DNA from: an uncultured Candidatus Saccharibacteria bacterium
Lineage (GTDB): Bacteria; Patescibacteriota; Minisyncoccia; UBA6257; 2-01-FULL-56-20
Length of the DNA stretch: 64,000 nucleotides
Assembly (NCBI GenBank): GCA_965231155.1
Contig: OZ246418.1
Span: forward strand, 302,850 to 366,849
Direction of reading: 5' to 3'
The notes under the pieces are model-generated. The model saw only the letters and a list, made by a program, of their open reading frames with translations. It had not been told where the DNA came from and did no database searches. Made by a program: the position numbers and the translations under genes. The stretch's first letter is position 1, and each line of letters starts with the position of its first letter. Positions 54,878-64,000 of this stretch are shown here, in pieces.

Positions 54878-55798
54878 TTATTTTCTGCGTTTGCCGTGGA
54901 AGGCGCTATGAATTTCTTTGAGTTCTTTGTTGGTGAGATGGGTGTAGGTTTGAGTGGTGGTGATATTGGCGTGACCAAGTAAGGACTGTACTGAGCGCAG
55001 ATCAGCACCGTTGATTAAGAGGTCGGTGGCGAAAAGGTGGCGGAGTTGGTGAGGGTGGAGGCGTTTGGCGATACCGGCTTTGCGAGCCCAGAAGTCTACT
55101 AAGCGTTCGACGGCACGTGGCTGGATACGTCCAGTGATTTTTGGCTTTGCGCTTTTAGAAAAACTGACGAACATAGCATCTTCAGTATCGCCACGTAGTT
55201 TGAGATAGGTTTTGAGGGTGTTTCTGGCACCCTCGGATAAGAAGACGACACGAAGTTTGTTGCCCTTTCCACGGATAGTGAATTCGCCGCGATCGAGATC
55301 GATATCCCGGTTCAGGGAACAGAGTTCGGCTAGGCGGAGGCCGGTGGAGAAGAGGGTCTCTAGGATCGCTTTATCGCGGAGGGTTTTTATGTCGGTGGCT
55401 TGAGGAGCGGCGAGGAGTCGTTCGAGATCTTTGTATTCGATAATATCGATCTGTCGTTCGGGAATTTTGGGAAGTTCAATTTTTTCTGCGGCCAGGCTTT
55501 GAATATCTCTTTTGGCAAGATATTTCAGGAAGTTGCGAAGAGCGATCAGATAGTAGCTTTGGGTGATCTTCTTCATTTCGCCACCCTTCGGGGAGGTAGG
55601 GCGTCGTGCCAGGCCAATACGGAACTTGCGGACTATCTCTTCGGTAATCTGGTGCGGTGATTTCACGCCAGAAAACTTTATGAATTCTTTGAGATATCGT
55701 TCATAGTTCTCTCGGGTTTTTGGTGAGCGATTTTTTTCGATCTCTAAATAGTCGAGATATTCATTAAGGAGTTTCTGGACATCAGGCATACTGTTCAT
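54878..55798 (-). CDS. xerC: Tyrosine site-specific recombinase (XerC/XerD family)
   Basis: C-terminal catalytic motifs RAVERLVDFW...HQLRHLFAT...LGHANITTTQTYTHL (the R, H-x-x-R and Y of the catalytic pentad). N-terminal SAM-like domain. Confidence 0.85.
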   Translation of the reverse strand: MNSMPDVQKLLNEYLDYLEIEKNRSPKTRENYERYLKEFIKFSGVKSPHQITEEIVRKFRIGLARRPTSPKGGEMKKITQSYYLIALRNFLKYLAKRDIQSLAAEKIELPKIPERQIDIIEYKDLERLLAAPQATDIKTLRDKAILETLFSTGLRLAELCSLNRDIDLDRGEFTIRGKGNKLRVVFLSEGARNTLKTYLKLRGDTEDAMFVSFSKSAKPKITGRIQPRAVERLVDFWARKAGIAKRLHPHQLRHLFATDLLINGADLRSVQSLLGHANITTTQTYTHLTNKELKEIHSAFHGKRRK

Positions 55799-55915
55799 TC
55801 TAGCATTTTATTGTGCGACAGATGAGGTTTTCTCTGGAGATGTTTTTTCAAGTCCATCTTTAACTCTCAGTTTCTTTGTGTTTTAATCCAACCAGCTTTT
55901 TAGGAAGGGGAGCTT

Positions 55916-56617
55916 ATGAGCGAATTAGACCCTCTTGTGAGAAAGTTCCAAGTAGCCTTCGCTCGAAGAGCGAGGGGTTTAGGACGGAGGATTGCGAAAG
56001 ATCCCTCCATGGAAATTTCTGAAATCTGTAGGCTCGTTGACTGTTTACACGAGTTTATTGAGGGGATTAATAACATTTCAGCTCAGGATAACGTACTGCG
56101 GAATATCCTCATTGTGTCTTCGGTGAGAGCGCTTTGCGAACTGATTCCGGACACTGTGAGTGGTTTTTCAGTGGCGCTGGCCTTCTGCCGAAGAATCTCT
56201 TGCTACCGAGAGGATCAGGTTCTCGCAAAAGAATCTCGAGATGCACGGCTGACTCGACTGGGTCGGACAGCGTATATAAGGAGGTTGATTCGACGACGAA
56301 AATCTTCTTTGCAACTCGAACTTTTTGCCGAAGAGATTCCAGCTATTCCTTTGCCTCCAACGAAGACGGTGATGAGAAAGACCATTCTCGTTAGTGGCAT
56401 CAGGAATAGAGGAGCCACCCCTTTTCGGGCCATTGTTTTTTGGAAGGGCAACTTGAGTTCAAAAACTCACTATGCTGGTATTCCGGAGGTGACAACTCTT
56501 CTTGCCGCTAAGGTTGCCCGCGTGCTTACTCCTCTTTTGGGAGAACTTTCTGGAGAGACGCTTCGTCGTCCGACTACCAGAACTCGGCGGCGTCTTTCGG
56601 AGGAGTTGGCTGCTTAA
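55916..56617 (+). CDS. Arg-rich hypothetical protein
   Basis: Basic protein with no TM and no motif recognised. Divergent from the xer-like gene. Confidence 0.3.
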   Translation: MSELDPLVRKFQVAFARRARGLGRRIAKDPSMEISEICRLVDCLHEFIEGINNISAQDNVLRNILIVSSVRALCELIPDTVSGFSVALAFCRRISCYREDQVLAKESRDARLTRLGRTAYIRRLIRRRKSSLQLELFAEEIPAIPLPPTKTVMRKTILVSGIRNRGATPFRAIVFWKGNLSSKTHYAGIPEVTTLLAAKVARVLTPLLGELSGETLRRPTTRTRRRLSEELAA

Positions 56618-56834
56618 GACTTTTCACTTTCGAAGGAGTATTGCACATGCAAGCTCCTTTTTTTATTCCTTTTTCAATTTTTTTCGTAAATAACGAGAAG
56701 ATTCTTCCTCAGAGAATCTCACGCAGTTTAGTGAGTCGAGTGAATTAGAGGTCTAGCACGATTTTAATGTCGCTTCCGGAAAGAAAACTCGTAGCTCTTG
56801 CCTTTTTGTCGGACTTAGTGTACTATGGACCGAT

Positions 56835-57098
56835 ATGTTGACTAAAAGAGTCAAAGCCAAAGTGGCCAAAGAGGTCGAACGTCACGATAAGGACACCGGT
56901 TCTGCCGAGGTCCAGGTGGCTGTTTTGAGTCGTCAGATTGAAGAGCTGACTGCTCATCTTAAGAAGCATCGCAAGGATAACCACTCCCGTCGCGGTCTTT
57001 TGAAGATGGTCAATCAGCGTCGCCGACTCATGGCGTACCTGAAGCGTCGCGAACCTAAAATCTACGAGAAGACTTCTAAGAAGTTTGGCATCAAGTAG
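56835..57098 (+). CDS. rpsO: 30S ribosomal protein S15
   Basis: GSAEVQVAVLSRQIEELTAHLKKHRKDNHSRRGLLKMVNQRRRLMAYL. Confidence 0.9.
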   Translation: MLTKRVKAKVAKEVERHDKDTGSAEVQVAVLSRQIEELTAHLKKHRKDNHSRRGLLKMVNQRRRLMAYLKRREPKIYEKTSKKFGIK

Positions 57099-57232
57099 TA
57101 GTTTTTGGTTGCAAAATTTCTGATTGCTACCTTATATTCTCCACACTTTCCCCGATGTATAATCAGTACATCTCGGTTGGGGTATCGAGATAAGCTCCGC
57201 ATTCATTTTTTAAAAATCGAAACGATCATTTT

Positions 57233-57766
57233 ATGAAACCGAGGAGTTCTTTCGAAAATCAGCGAGTTGGTATCTTTATTGATGTACAAAATCTGTACCA
57301 TTCGGCCAAGAACTTGTATCACGGTCGGGTGAACTACCCAGAGCTTATTCGTCATCTGGTGGGTGAGCGACAACTTATTCGGGCGATGGCCTATGTGGTA
57401 AAGAGCGAGATTGGTGCTGATGCACCGAAGGGGAAGACAGGAGAGTCTTCTTTTTTTGAGGCGTTAGAAAAAGCTGGTCTTGAGTTGCGGTGTAAGGATT
57501 TGCAAGTCTATCCCGACGGCCTCAAGAAAGCCGACTGGGATGTCGGCATGGCCGTAGACGCCATTCGTATGTCATCTTTTCTTGATGTGGTGATTCTGGT
57601 GACAGGTGATGGAGACTTTCTTCCGTTAGTGGATTACTTGAAGTGGGGGCAGGGGAGGTATGTGGAAGTAGCAGCGTTTGAGGGAAGTGCTTCTGCGAAG
57701 CTTCAGGTGGCGCCAGATCAGTTCATCAACTTAGCGAGGATCCCCCGGATTATCATAAGAAAATAA
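57233..57766 (+). CDS. NYN/LabA-like (PIN-fold) domain protein
   Basis: VGIFIDVQNLYHSAK...VVILVTGDGDFLPLVDYLK, the conserved Asp-containing NYN motifs. Confidence 0.7.
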   Translation: MKPRSSFENQRVGIFIDVQNLYHSAKNLYHGRVNYPELIRHLVGERQLIRAMAYVVKSEIGADAPKGKTGESSFFEALEKAGLELRCKDLQVYPDGLKKADWDVGMAVDAIRMSSFLDVVILVTGDGDFLPLVDYLKWGQGRYVEVAAFEGSASAKLQVAPDQFINLARIPRIIIRK

Positions 57767-57785
57767 TATAAATTAATTATCAACT

Positions 57786-59891
57786 ATGGCTCGAAATAAA
57801 AAACAGTTTTCAATCGAAGTTGGCGGAAAAACATTAACCCTTGAGGTCTCGTCTTTAGCCGAACAGGCGAATGCCGCAGTCTTGGCAAAATATGGAGAGA
57901 CAATCGTCCTTGCCACTGTGGTTATGGGACGGGCCGATTCTTCGGCTGACTACATGCCTCTTCGCGTAGACTACGAAGAAAAGTTTTATGCTGCCGGAAA
58001 GATTCTCGGTAGTCGTTTTATGCGTCGTGAGAGCCGTCCTTCTGAAGATGCCATTCTCACTGGCCGATTGATTGATCGAGTGCTTCGTCCATTATTCGAC
58101 AATCGAATTCGTCGAGATATCCAGATTGTCACGACGGTACTTTCTTATGACGATGAGAACATTCCTGATTTTGTCGGCTTGATGGCTGCTTCGACTGCCT
58201 TGCATATTTCTGATGTGCCGTGGGCTGGTCCAGTGGCTGGTGTGCGTATCATGGAGACCGCTGGTCAGATAGTTATTAACCCCACCAACGCTCAGATAGA
58301 AGCTCCGGGACGGGTGTTTGAGAGTTTTGTGGCTGGGCCAAAGGGTACTATTAACATGATTGAGTTGGCCGGCAATGAAGCGCCGGAAGAAAAAGTAATG
58401 TCCGCTTTCGCTACTGCCCAGAACGAAATTGATCGATTAGCTGATTTTATTGAAGGTATTCGCACGGAGATTGGGAAACCAAAGGCAGAAGTGAAGTTGG
58501 CTGAACCAGACGAAGTGTTGAAGAAGGCGGTGGCTGATTTTATTTCACCTCGGATTCGCGAGGCAGTCTTTCATTCTCGAGATCCCAAGGAACATGGAAA
58601 AATTGGAGTTCTGAAGCACGAACTTTTTGAACACCTCAAGGAGACATTGGTGGTTCAGGGGGTGGCAGTGAATTTTAAGGCCGCTGATTTTTTGTACGAG
58701 GAAGCAGTGAACGATCTTGTACACGAAGAAGCAATTAAAAATGAGAAGCGTCCTGATGGTCGGCGACTCGATGAAGTTCGAGAGCTAAGCGCCGAAGTTG
58801 GACTTTTTGAACGTACTCACGGTTCAGCGCTTTTCGTGCGAGGCAGTACGCAGGCGTTGGCGGTAGTCACTTTAGCACCTCCGGGGAACGAGCAGATGAT
58901 TGAGACCATGGAAACAACCGAACGTCGTCACTTTTTACTGCACTATAACTTCCCGCCATTTTCTGTTGGCGAAGTCGGACCATTTCGTGGGCCGGGACGT
59001 CGAGAGATTGGCCATGGAGCGTTAGCCAACAAAGCAGTGCAGGCGGTGATTCCTACAGTAGAGGAGTTCCCGTATACCATCCGTGTGGTTTCTGAGGTAA
59101 TGTCTTCGAACGGCTCTTCCTCAATGGCCACTACCTGTGCCACGATTCTGTCTTTGATGGATGCTGGAGTACCGATTAAAAAACCAGTAGCCGGCATTGC
59201 CATGGGCTTGATGACTGATGAGGCAGGAAACTTCAAAGTCCTAACCGATATTCAGGGGCCAGAGGATCATCATGGTGATATGGATTTCAAAGTGGCTGGT
59301 ACTGATGCCGGGGTGACGGCGGTACAGCTCGATGTGAAGTTCCGTGGAGTTACCAAGGAGATGATTCAGGCGACGCTCGCTCAGGCGAAACAGGCCCGAC
59401 TTCATATTATGGAGACGATGACAAAGACGATCTCAGCTTCTCGCCCTGCACTTTCCAAGTACGCGCCGATTATTCAGATGATCCGCATCAACCCAGATAA
59501 GATTGGTATGGTGATTGGTCCTGGCGGAAAGATGATTAATGGTCTGATCAAGACGTACGAGTTGGTGGCTATTGATATCGAAGAGGATGGTCGCGTCTAT
59601 ATTTCCGCGAACACTCCTGAAAAAGTGGCTAAGGTAGTTGCCGAGATTCAGGGACTAACCAAAGAGTATTTGGTTGGCGATATTATCGAAGGAACTATTA
59701 TCAAAATTCTCGATTTCGGAGCGATTGTTGATCTGGGCGGTGGTCGCGATGGTATGATCCACGTTTCTGAGCTCAAGGAGGGTTTTGTAAAAGTGGTGAC
59801 TGATGTTGTGAAAGAAGGGGACTTTGTGCGGGCTAAGGTGATCAAAGTTGATCCAGAAGGCAAGATCGGTTTGTCGCTGAAACAGCTCTAA
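57786..59891 (+). CDS. pnp: Polynucleotide phosphorylase
   Basis: Two RNase PH domains plus KH and S1 domains. 701 aa. Confidence 0.95.
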   Translation: MARNKKQFSIEVGGKTLTLEVSSLAEQANAAVLAKYGETIVLATVVMGRADSSADYMPLRVDYEEKFYAAGKILGSRFMRRESRPSEDAILTGRLIDRVLRPLFDNRIRRDIQIVTTVLSYDDENIPDFVGLMAASTALHISDVPWAGPVAGVRIMETAGQIVINPTNAQIEAPGRVFESFVAGPKGTINMIELAGNEAPEEKVMSAFATAQNEIDRLADFIEGIRTEIGKPKAEVKLAEPDEVLKKAVADFISPRIREAVFHSRDPKEHGKIGVLKHELFEHLKETLVVQGVAVNFKAADFLYEEAVNDLVHEEAIKNEKRPDGRRLDEVRELSAEVGLFERTHGSALFVRGSTQALAVVTLAPPGNEQMIETMETTERRHFLLHYNFPPFSVGEVGPFRGPGRREIGHGALANKAVQAVIPTVEEFPYTIRVVSEVMSSNGSSSMATTCATILSLMDAGVPIKKPVAGIAMGLMTDEAGNFKVLTDIQGPEDHHGDMDFKVAGTDAGVTAVQLDVKFRGVTKEMIQATLAQAKQARLHIMETMTKTISASRPALSKYAPIIQMIRINPDKIGMVIGPGGKMINGLIKTYELVAIDIEEDGRVYISANTPEKVAKVVAEIQGLTKEYLVGDIIEGTIIKILDFGAIVDLGGGRDGMIHVSELKEGFVKVVTDVVKEGDFVRAKVIKVDPEGKIGLSLKQL

Positions 59892-59915
59892 GCATCTTTT
59901 GATAGTGGGTGATTT

Positions 59916-59946
59916 CGAAAAATGGGAGACATCTCCCATTTTTTGT
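59916..59946 (+). terminator. Rho-independent terminator after pnp
   Basis: aaaaatgggaga-cat-ctcccatttttt followed by a T-run. Confidence 0.6.
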
Positions 59947-59970
59947 TTGTTTTGAGGTACAATATTTCAT

Positions 59971-60957
59971 ATGGCTGACGATAATTCACAAAATCCATTT
60001 GCCAACATTCCTCAGTCGCCAACGATTGAGGTGCGGACTTTGCGTTCCGACGTGCAATCAATGAGCGATTCGGGAGGAGTTTCTATGCAGGTTGAGGAGG
60101 TTCGCGAGATGATTGGAAGAAAGGTGGCGGCGGAGAAATCTGCTCGCCAAGGAGGGAGTAATTTTCTTTTTACGATTATTGTTCTAGTCCTTATTATTCT
60201 CATCGCTGCCTTGGGGGTTGGGTTTGTGATGAGTACGGGAGCCGTTTCTTCTTTTTCTTTTGTTAAGAACCTTCTTCCGGGGAGCGCGACGACCACAACT
60301 ACTACTTCGACACCTGTCCCGGATTATGTTCCGTCTTCAGCGGTGAAGGATTTCGATCCGTATGCCGACATTGAAGAGATCCGGTTTTGGCGTATTCCTG
60401 CGGACACTCAGATAGATATCAAACTGAGTCGTGAAGCGGCGGTGACGGCAGAGGATTTACTGACCTTCCAACAGAAGGTGGCGGGAAAGATACAGGAACT
60501 TCCGGCTTCCGCTCGTTTTGTAGAGATTCGCTTGCGGAAGGATGGGGATAGGCCAGCTGATGGTTTGGTTTTCTCGTCGCTCACTGGTATCCGTATTTTT
60601 AACGACACATTTTTCTCTGAGAACTTCGAGCCAAACATCACGGCTTTTGTCTATCGAGACAAAAAAGGAAGCTGGCCGGGCTATGTCTTTAAGCTTCTCC
60701 CGAATAAGAGTTCGAAAACCCTTACCCCTGAGGTACAACTTTTAGAGCGTTCCTCCACGCTCACTTCTTTATTCTTAGAATCTCCAGGTTCGTCTCGTGG
60801 TCTTTTTAAGGATGGTACGCAACTGAATATTCCCACACGAGAACAGGAGTATACGATGCCTGGGGCAACTATCGGCTATGGTTGGCAGGATCGGTACTTT
60901 GTAATAAGCACCTCGGTAGATGGACTGAAGGAGGCCCTTCGTCGATTGCTCGGATAG
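59971..60957 (+). CDS. Hypothetical single-pass membrane protein
   Basis: TM helix FLFTIIVLVLIILIAALGVGFV, a Thr-rich linker and a large ectodomain. Confidence 0.35.
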   Translation: MADDNSQNPFANIPQSPTIEVRTLRSDVQSMSDSGGVSMQVEEVREMIGRKVAAEKSARQGGSNFLFTIIVLVLIILIAALGVGFVMSTGAVSSFSFVKNLLPGSATTTTTTSTPVPDYVPSSAVKDFDPYADIEEIRFWRIPADTQIDIKLSREAAVTAEDLLTFQQKVAGKIQELPASARFVEIRLRKDGDRPADGLVFSSLTGIRIFNDTFFSENFEPNITAFVYRDKKGSWPGYVFKLLPNKSSKTLTPEVQLLERSSTLTSLFLESPGSSRGLFKDGTQLNIPTREQEYTMPGATIGYGWQDRYFVISTSVDGLKEALRRLLG

Positions 60958-60969
60958 AGTTGCGTCTGC

Positions 60970-62040
60970 CTACTCTGCTTTTTCTTCAACCTCGCCAATG
61001 GTTGGACCGTTGGCGTTGAAATGAGTTTCAAAGGCCACGGCGGTCGCTTTCTCGATTTCTTTCAAGAGCTTCTTATCGTTCTTCACTTTTTCGGCCACGT
61101 TTGTAATACCACTTCCTAGTCGTTCGCCATTAAAGGAGTAGCTGGCACCAGACTTGGTGATTGTGCCGTACTTGAGGCCAGTGTTTAAGACATCAGATTC
61201 GTATAGGATTCCTCGGCCATAGCCAATATCGAACTCGGCGGCGCGGAATGGGGGAGCAACTTTATTCTTTACTACTTTCACTTTGGTGCGGTTACCAATA
61301 ACATCCTCGCCTTTTTTAACCTGAGCGATACGTCGGACATCAAGACGCACTGAGGCAGCAAACTTGAGTGCCATACCACCTGGCGTGGTTTCTGGATTGC
61401 CAAACATAATACCGATTTTCATTCTGATCTGGTTGATGAAAATAATGAGCGTACCACTTCTGGCGGCGAGCGCGGTCAGTTTACGAAGGGCCTGAGACAT
61501 CATGCGAGCTTGACGGCCGACATGCTGAGCACCCATCTCGCCTTCAATTTCCGCCTTCGGAGTGAGGGCGGCCACGGAGTCGACGACTACCACGGAAATA
61601 ATTTGTGAGCGCACTAAGCTTTCTAAAATGTTTAAGGCCTCCTCGCCACTTTCTGGCTGGGAGATTAAAAGTTCGTTGGTGTTTACACCAATGCGTTTGG
61701 CATACTCTGGATCCAAGGCGTGCTCGGCATCGATATAGGCAGTTTTCCCGCCCTGCTTCTGGGCTTCAGCCACGACATGTAAGGCGAGTGTTGTTTTTCC
61801 GCTGGACTCTGGACCAAAAACTTCGACCACGCGACCACGAGGCATACCACCCACGCCGAGTGCCAGATCGAGAGAGAAGGAGCCAGTGGGAATCACCGAG
61901 ACATCGACGTGTGGTGCTTCGCCGAGCATCATAATAGCGCCGTCCCCAAACTTATCCTGGAGATCTTTAATAAGACTAGTAAGTTCGCTTTTATTACTTT
62001 TCTTTTCTTTTTCTTCTTTGTTTTTTGCCATATCGCTCAT
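60970..62040 (-). CDS. recA: Recombinase RecA
   Basis: Walker [10 protein letters not shown], the L1/L2 loop regions, and [20 protein letters not shown]. Confidence 0.95.
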   Translation of the reverse strand: MSDMAKNKEEKEKKSNKSELTSLIKDLQDKFGDGAIMMLGEAPHVDVSVIPTGSFSLDLALGVGGMPRGRVVEVFGPESSGKTTLALHVVAEAQKQGGKTAYIDAEHALDPEYAKRIGVNTNELLISQPESGEEALNILESLVRSQIISVVVVDSVAALTPKAEIEGEMGAQHVGRQARMMSQALRKLTALAARSGTLIIFINQIRMKIGIMFGNPETTPGGMALKFAASVRLDVRRIAQVKKGEDVIGNRTKVKVVKNKVAPPFRAAEFDIGYGRGILYESDVLNTGLKYGTITKSGASYSFNGERLGSGITNVAEKVKNDKKLLKEIEKATAVAFETHFNANGPTIGEVEEKAE

Positions 62041-62150
62041 TGTATCACAAGGATTTTTTGATCCATAAAATGTATATAATCTTCGACGTGCTCTTATAGT
62101 AAGTCAGGGGATTATGTTGTCAATAGATGCCAACATAAACAAATTCTCGT

Positions 62151-62948
62151 CTAAAGACGAGAGGAGGTTTCCTTCTTGGTGCTGGTAGATCCTTCATTCC
62201 TAGTTGTAGAGGCTTTTTCGGTTGAGGAGGTGGTATCTTCTGTTGAGGAGGTGTTTCTGATAATAGGATCTGCGCCAGGGGAGTAGATCACCTGTCGGAG
62301 TACTCGAATCTCTCGGCCCAAGAACTTCTTAGCTTTGAGTTCGATCGTGTTCATCCCTTCCTGAAGATCGATATTTTTCTGCCAGACGCCATCCTGCTCG
62401 AGCGGTACACGTTCGCCATTTACAAAAAATTCGTCGCCATTTTTAACCGAGCCGATGATGGTGACCGGAGTGACGCTGACGGTGCTGACTGCTTCGGAAG
62501 GGAAGCCGATATCGAGACTTGGTTGCCCAACAATTTCTGGGAGACGGAAGAGAAGGTAGATTCCTATGATGAATGCTAGGACGCCGATCCAGATTATTTT
62601 TTTCTTTGAGGAGAAGTTGCTTAGTCTCTGAGGGAAGCGATCGTTCTGTGTTTCATCAACGGCCAGTTCATCAACGCGGATACGGTCCCAGAGTGCCTGT
62701 CCGTCAAAATCGAGCACCTCGCCAACAACCGCCATATAACTTCTGAGATAGGGTGCAGGGGGAAGCTTTTCGAGATTTCCTCCGGCCATATGTTCGAGGT
62801 GTTTGATGGCAATACCAGAAACATCAGCCAGCTTTTGCAGGGTTATTCCTTTGCGCTTGAGCCCTTCGTTGATAAGCAGAGCCAGCAAGGCTTCTGGGTG
62901 GGCGGTGTGTTCTATTTCAGGATTTTGTTCGGTAGCTCGGGCCATAGC
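62151..62948 (-). CDS. rodZ: RodZ-like cytoskeletal protein (HTH, TM, and a C-terminal domain)
   Basis: N-terminal helix-turn-helix (GITLQKLADVSGIAIKHLEHM), a central TM helix, and a Ser/Thr-rich C-terminus. Start set at MARATEQ. Confidence 0.5.
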   Translation of the reverse strand, partial: AMARATEQNPEIEHTAHPEALLALLINEGLKRKGITLQKLADVSGIAIKHLEHMAGGNLEKLPPAPYLRSYMAVVGEVLDFDGQALWDRIRVDELAVDETQNDRFPQRLSNFSSKKKIIWIGVLAFIIGIYLLFRLPEIVGQPSLDIGFPSEAVSTVSVTPVTIIGSVKNGDEFFVNGERVPLEQDGVWQKNIDLQEGMNTIELKAKKFLGREIRVLRQVIYSPGADPIIRNTSSTEDTTSSTEKASTTRNEGSTSTKKETSSRL

Positions 62949-63045
62949 CCTTAGCTTACTAAACCCTGTTGGGGAAATCCAATTCCTACAAAACATCACC
63001 TCTTTCGGCTACACCTCCTAAAAGGGCTTGGGCTTCACTTGTAAA

Positions 63046-64000
63046 TTAACTTTCGTGGCCAAAGCCTTCGTCGAACTTATCCATCAAAATCTCGCGAGGC
63101 TTAGCACCATCACCAGGACCAATGAGGCCATTTTCTTCCATCAGATCCAAGAGTCGGGCAGCGCGGGCATAACCAACTTTGAGGCGTCGCTGGAGAAGTG
63201 AGGCAGAAGCTTTACCGGCTTCAGTGACGATTTTGACTGCTTCATTATAGAGCTCGTCGTCGGTGCCACCATTGCTATCCATAAAGCTGTCGAAAACATC
63301 TCTTTTTTCGGAAGTGCCACCACCGTTATTTTCATCAAATGGCACATCACTCTCGTCTGCTTCGCCGTTATGTTCGCGAATAAAGTTGGCCACCTTGTGA
63401 ATCTCTTCTTCGGTGATATAGGTACCTTGGATTCTTTTTGGCTTGGAGTATTCAGAGGAGATGAAAAGAAGGTCGCCACCACCGAGCAGTTTTTCAGCAC
63501 CAGCGGTATCTAAGATTGTGCGTGAGTCGATCTGGCTCGCTACCTGCAAGGCGATGCGACTGGTGATGTTAGCTTTGATAAGACCAGTAATGACTTCAAC
63601 GGAAGGACGTTGAGTGGAGAGGATGAGATGGATACCGACGGCGCGGGCCATCTGAGAAAGACGGATGATAAACCCTTCAACCTCTCGGCCATAGGTGGTC
63701 ATCAGATCGGCGACTTCATCAACCACAATAACGACAAATGGTAATTTTTCTTCGTCACTGGCTTTGGCGTTGAAACTCTTCAGATCACGACAGCCGGCTT
63801 TCTGAAGTTGATCGTAGCGACCATCCATTTCGTTCACGGCCCAGCGGAAAACCGAGAGGGCTTTTTTGTTCTGAGTGATGACTGGTCCGACGAGATGGGG
63901 AATACCTTCATACATAGAAAGCTCCACGCGTTTTGGATCAATCATGATCATCTTCAGATCGGCGGGCGAGTTTTTATACAGTAATGAGGTGATGATCGAC
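63046..64000 (-). CDS. ftsK: DNA translocase FtsK/SpoIIIE, C-terminal part (gene continues past the window end)
   Basis: VVIVVDEVADLM (Walker B), STQRPSV, and a gamma-domain-like C-terminus. The frame is open to the window edge. Confidence 0.85.
   Translation of the reverse strand, partial: SIITSLLYKNSPADLKMIMIDPKRVELSMYEGIPHLVGPVITQNKKALSVFRWAVNEMDGRYDQLQKAGCRDLKSFNAKASDEEKLPFVVIVVDEVADLMTTYGREVEGFIIRLSQMARAVGIHLILSTQRPSVEVITGLIKANITSRIALQVASQIDSRTILDTAGAEKLLGGGDLLFISSEYSKPKRIQGTYITEEEIHKVANFIREHNGEADESDVPFDENNGGGTSEKRDVFDSFMDSNGGTDDELYNEAVKIVTEAGKASASLLQRRLKVGYARAARLLDLMEENGLIGPGDGAKPREILMDKFDEGFGHES

Noticed and set aside
54878-55798. Xer-like recombinase as a phage or island integrase marking a mobile element
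   Set aside because: It has the canonical XerC/D N-terminal domain and typical size. No att repeats, phage genes or cargo are adjacent. The tRNA-proximal position is noted but is not enough to call a mobile element.

Overview
The window reads as a contiguous chromosomal segment of a small-genome, moderately AT-rich bacterium (roughly 45-48% GC by eye). The gene content and architecture look like Candidate Phyla Radiation / Patescibacteria; that assignment is my inference, not a database result. It spans the replication origin region: rpmH-rnpA-yidC-jag on the minus strand, divergent from dnaA-dnaN on the plus strand, with two DnaA-box-like 9-mers in the dnaA-dnaN spacer. Housekeeping genes present are ruvC, yebC, ruvB, ruvA, polA, mutM, gyrA, recA, pnp, rpsO, rpsT, rpsA, greA, tsaE, PBP1A, xerC/D-like, ftsK (3' part) and six tRNAs. 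The accessory content is what stands out, and there are four items. (1) The first ~10.6 kb is a single-strand gene array encoding a Gram-positive-type type IV secretion (T4SS)-like apparatus. It has a PrgI/VirB3-like protein, a VirB4 ATPase apparently split into two adjacent ORFs, and several membrane or secreted unknowns, and no coupling protein or relaxase is visible. (2) Within that array, two paralogous secreted proteins share a 312-bp, 100% identical 5' module. That module encodes a two-helix pilin-like domain, and it is fused to different peptidoglycan-hydrolase-like C-terminal domains: one lytic-transglycosylase-like, one M15/LAS zinc-peptidase-like. (3) About 34 kb away, eight tandem paralogous genes encode small secreted proteins. 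They have variable Cys-rich N-terminal regions and a conserved C-terminal two-helix module that looks like a VirB2/TrbC-type pilin, with an 84-bp gene-conversion tract between two copies. (4) Immediately after the pilin array lies a ~2.3-kb GC-rich segment (~55-62% GC) carrying an SPFH/band-7 operon and a secreted protein. It abuts tRNA-Leu and looks horizontally acquired. Smaller observations: an orphan PilB/GspE ATPase, a His/Gly-rich small protein, a Gly/Arg-rich zinc-ribbon protein whose low-complexity reverse strand creates a spurious 415-aa ORF, a 620-bp noncoding region with strong palindromes upstream of ruvB, and a duplicated tRNA-Arg 3' fragment. All coordinates I derived by hand (tRNAs, hairpins, repeats) may be off by 1-2 nt. 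CDS coordinates follow the supplied ORF track, with start adjustments noted.
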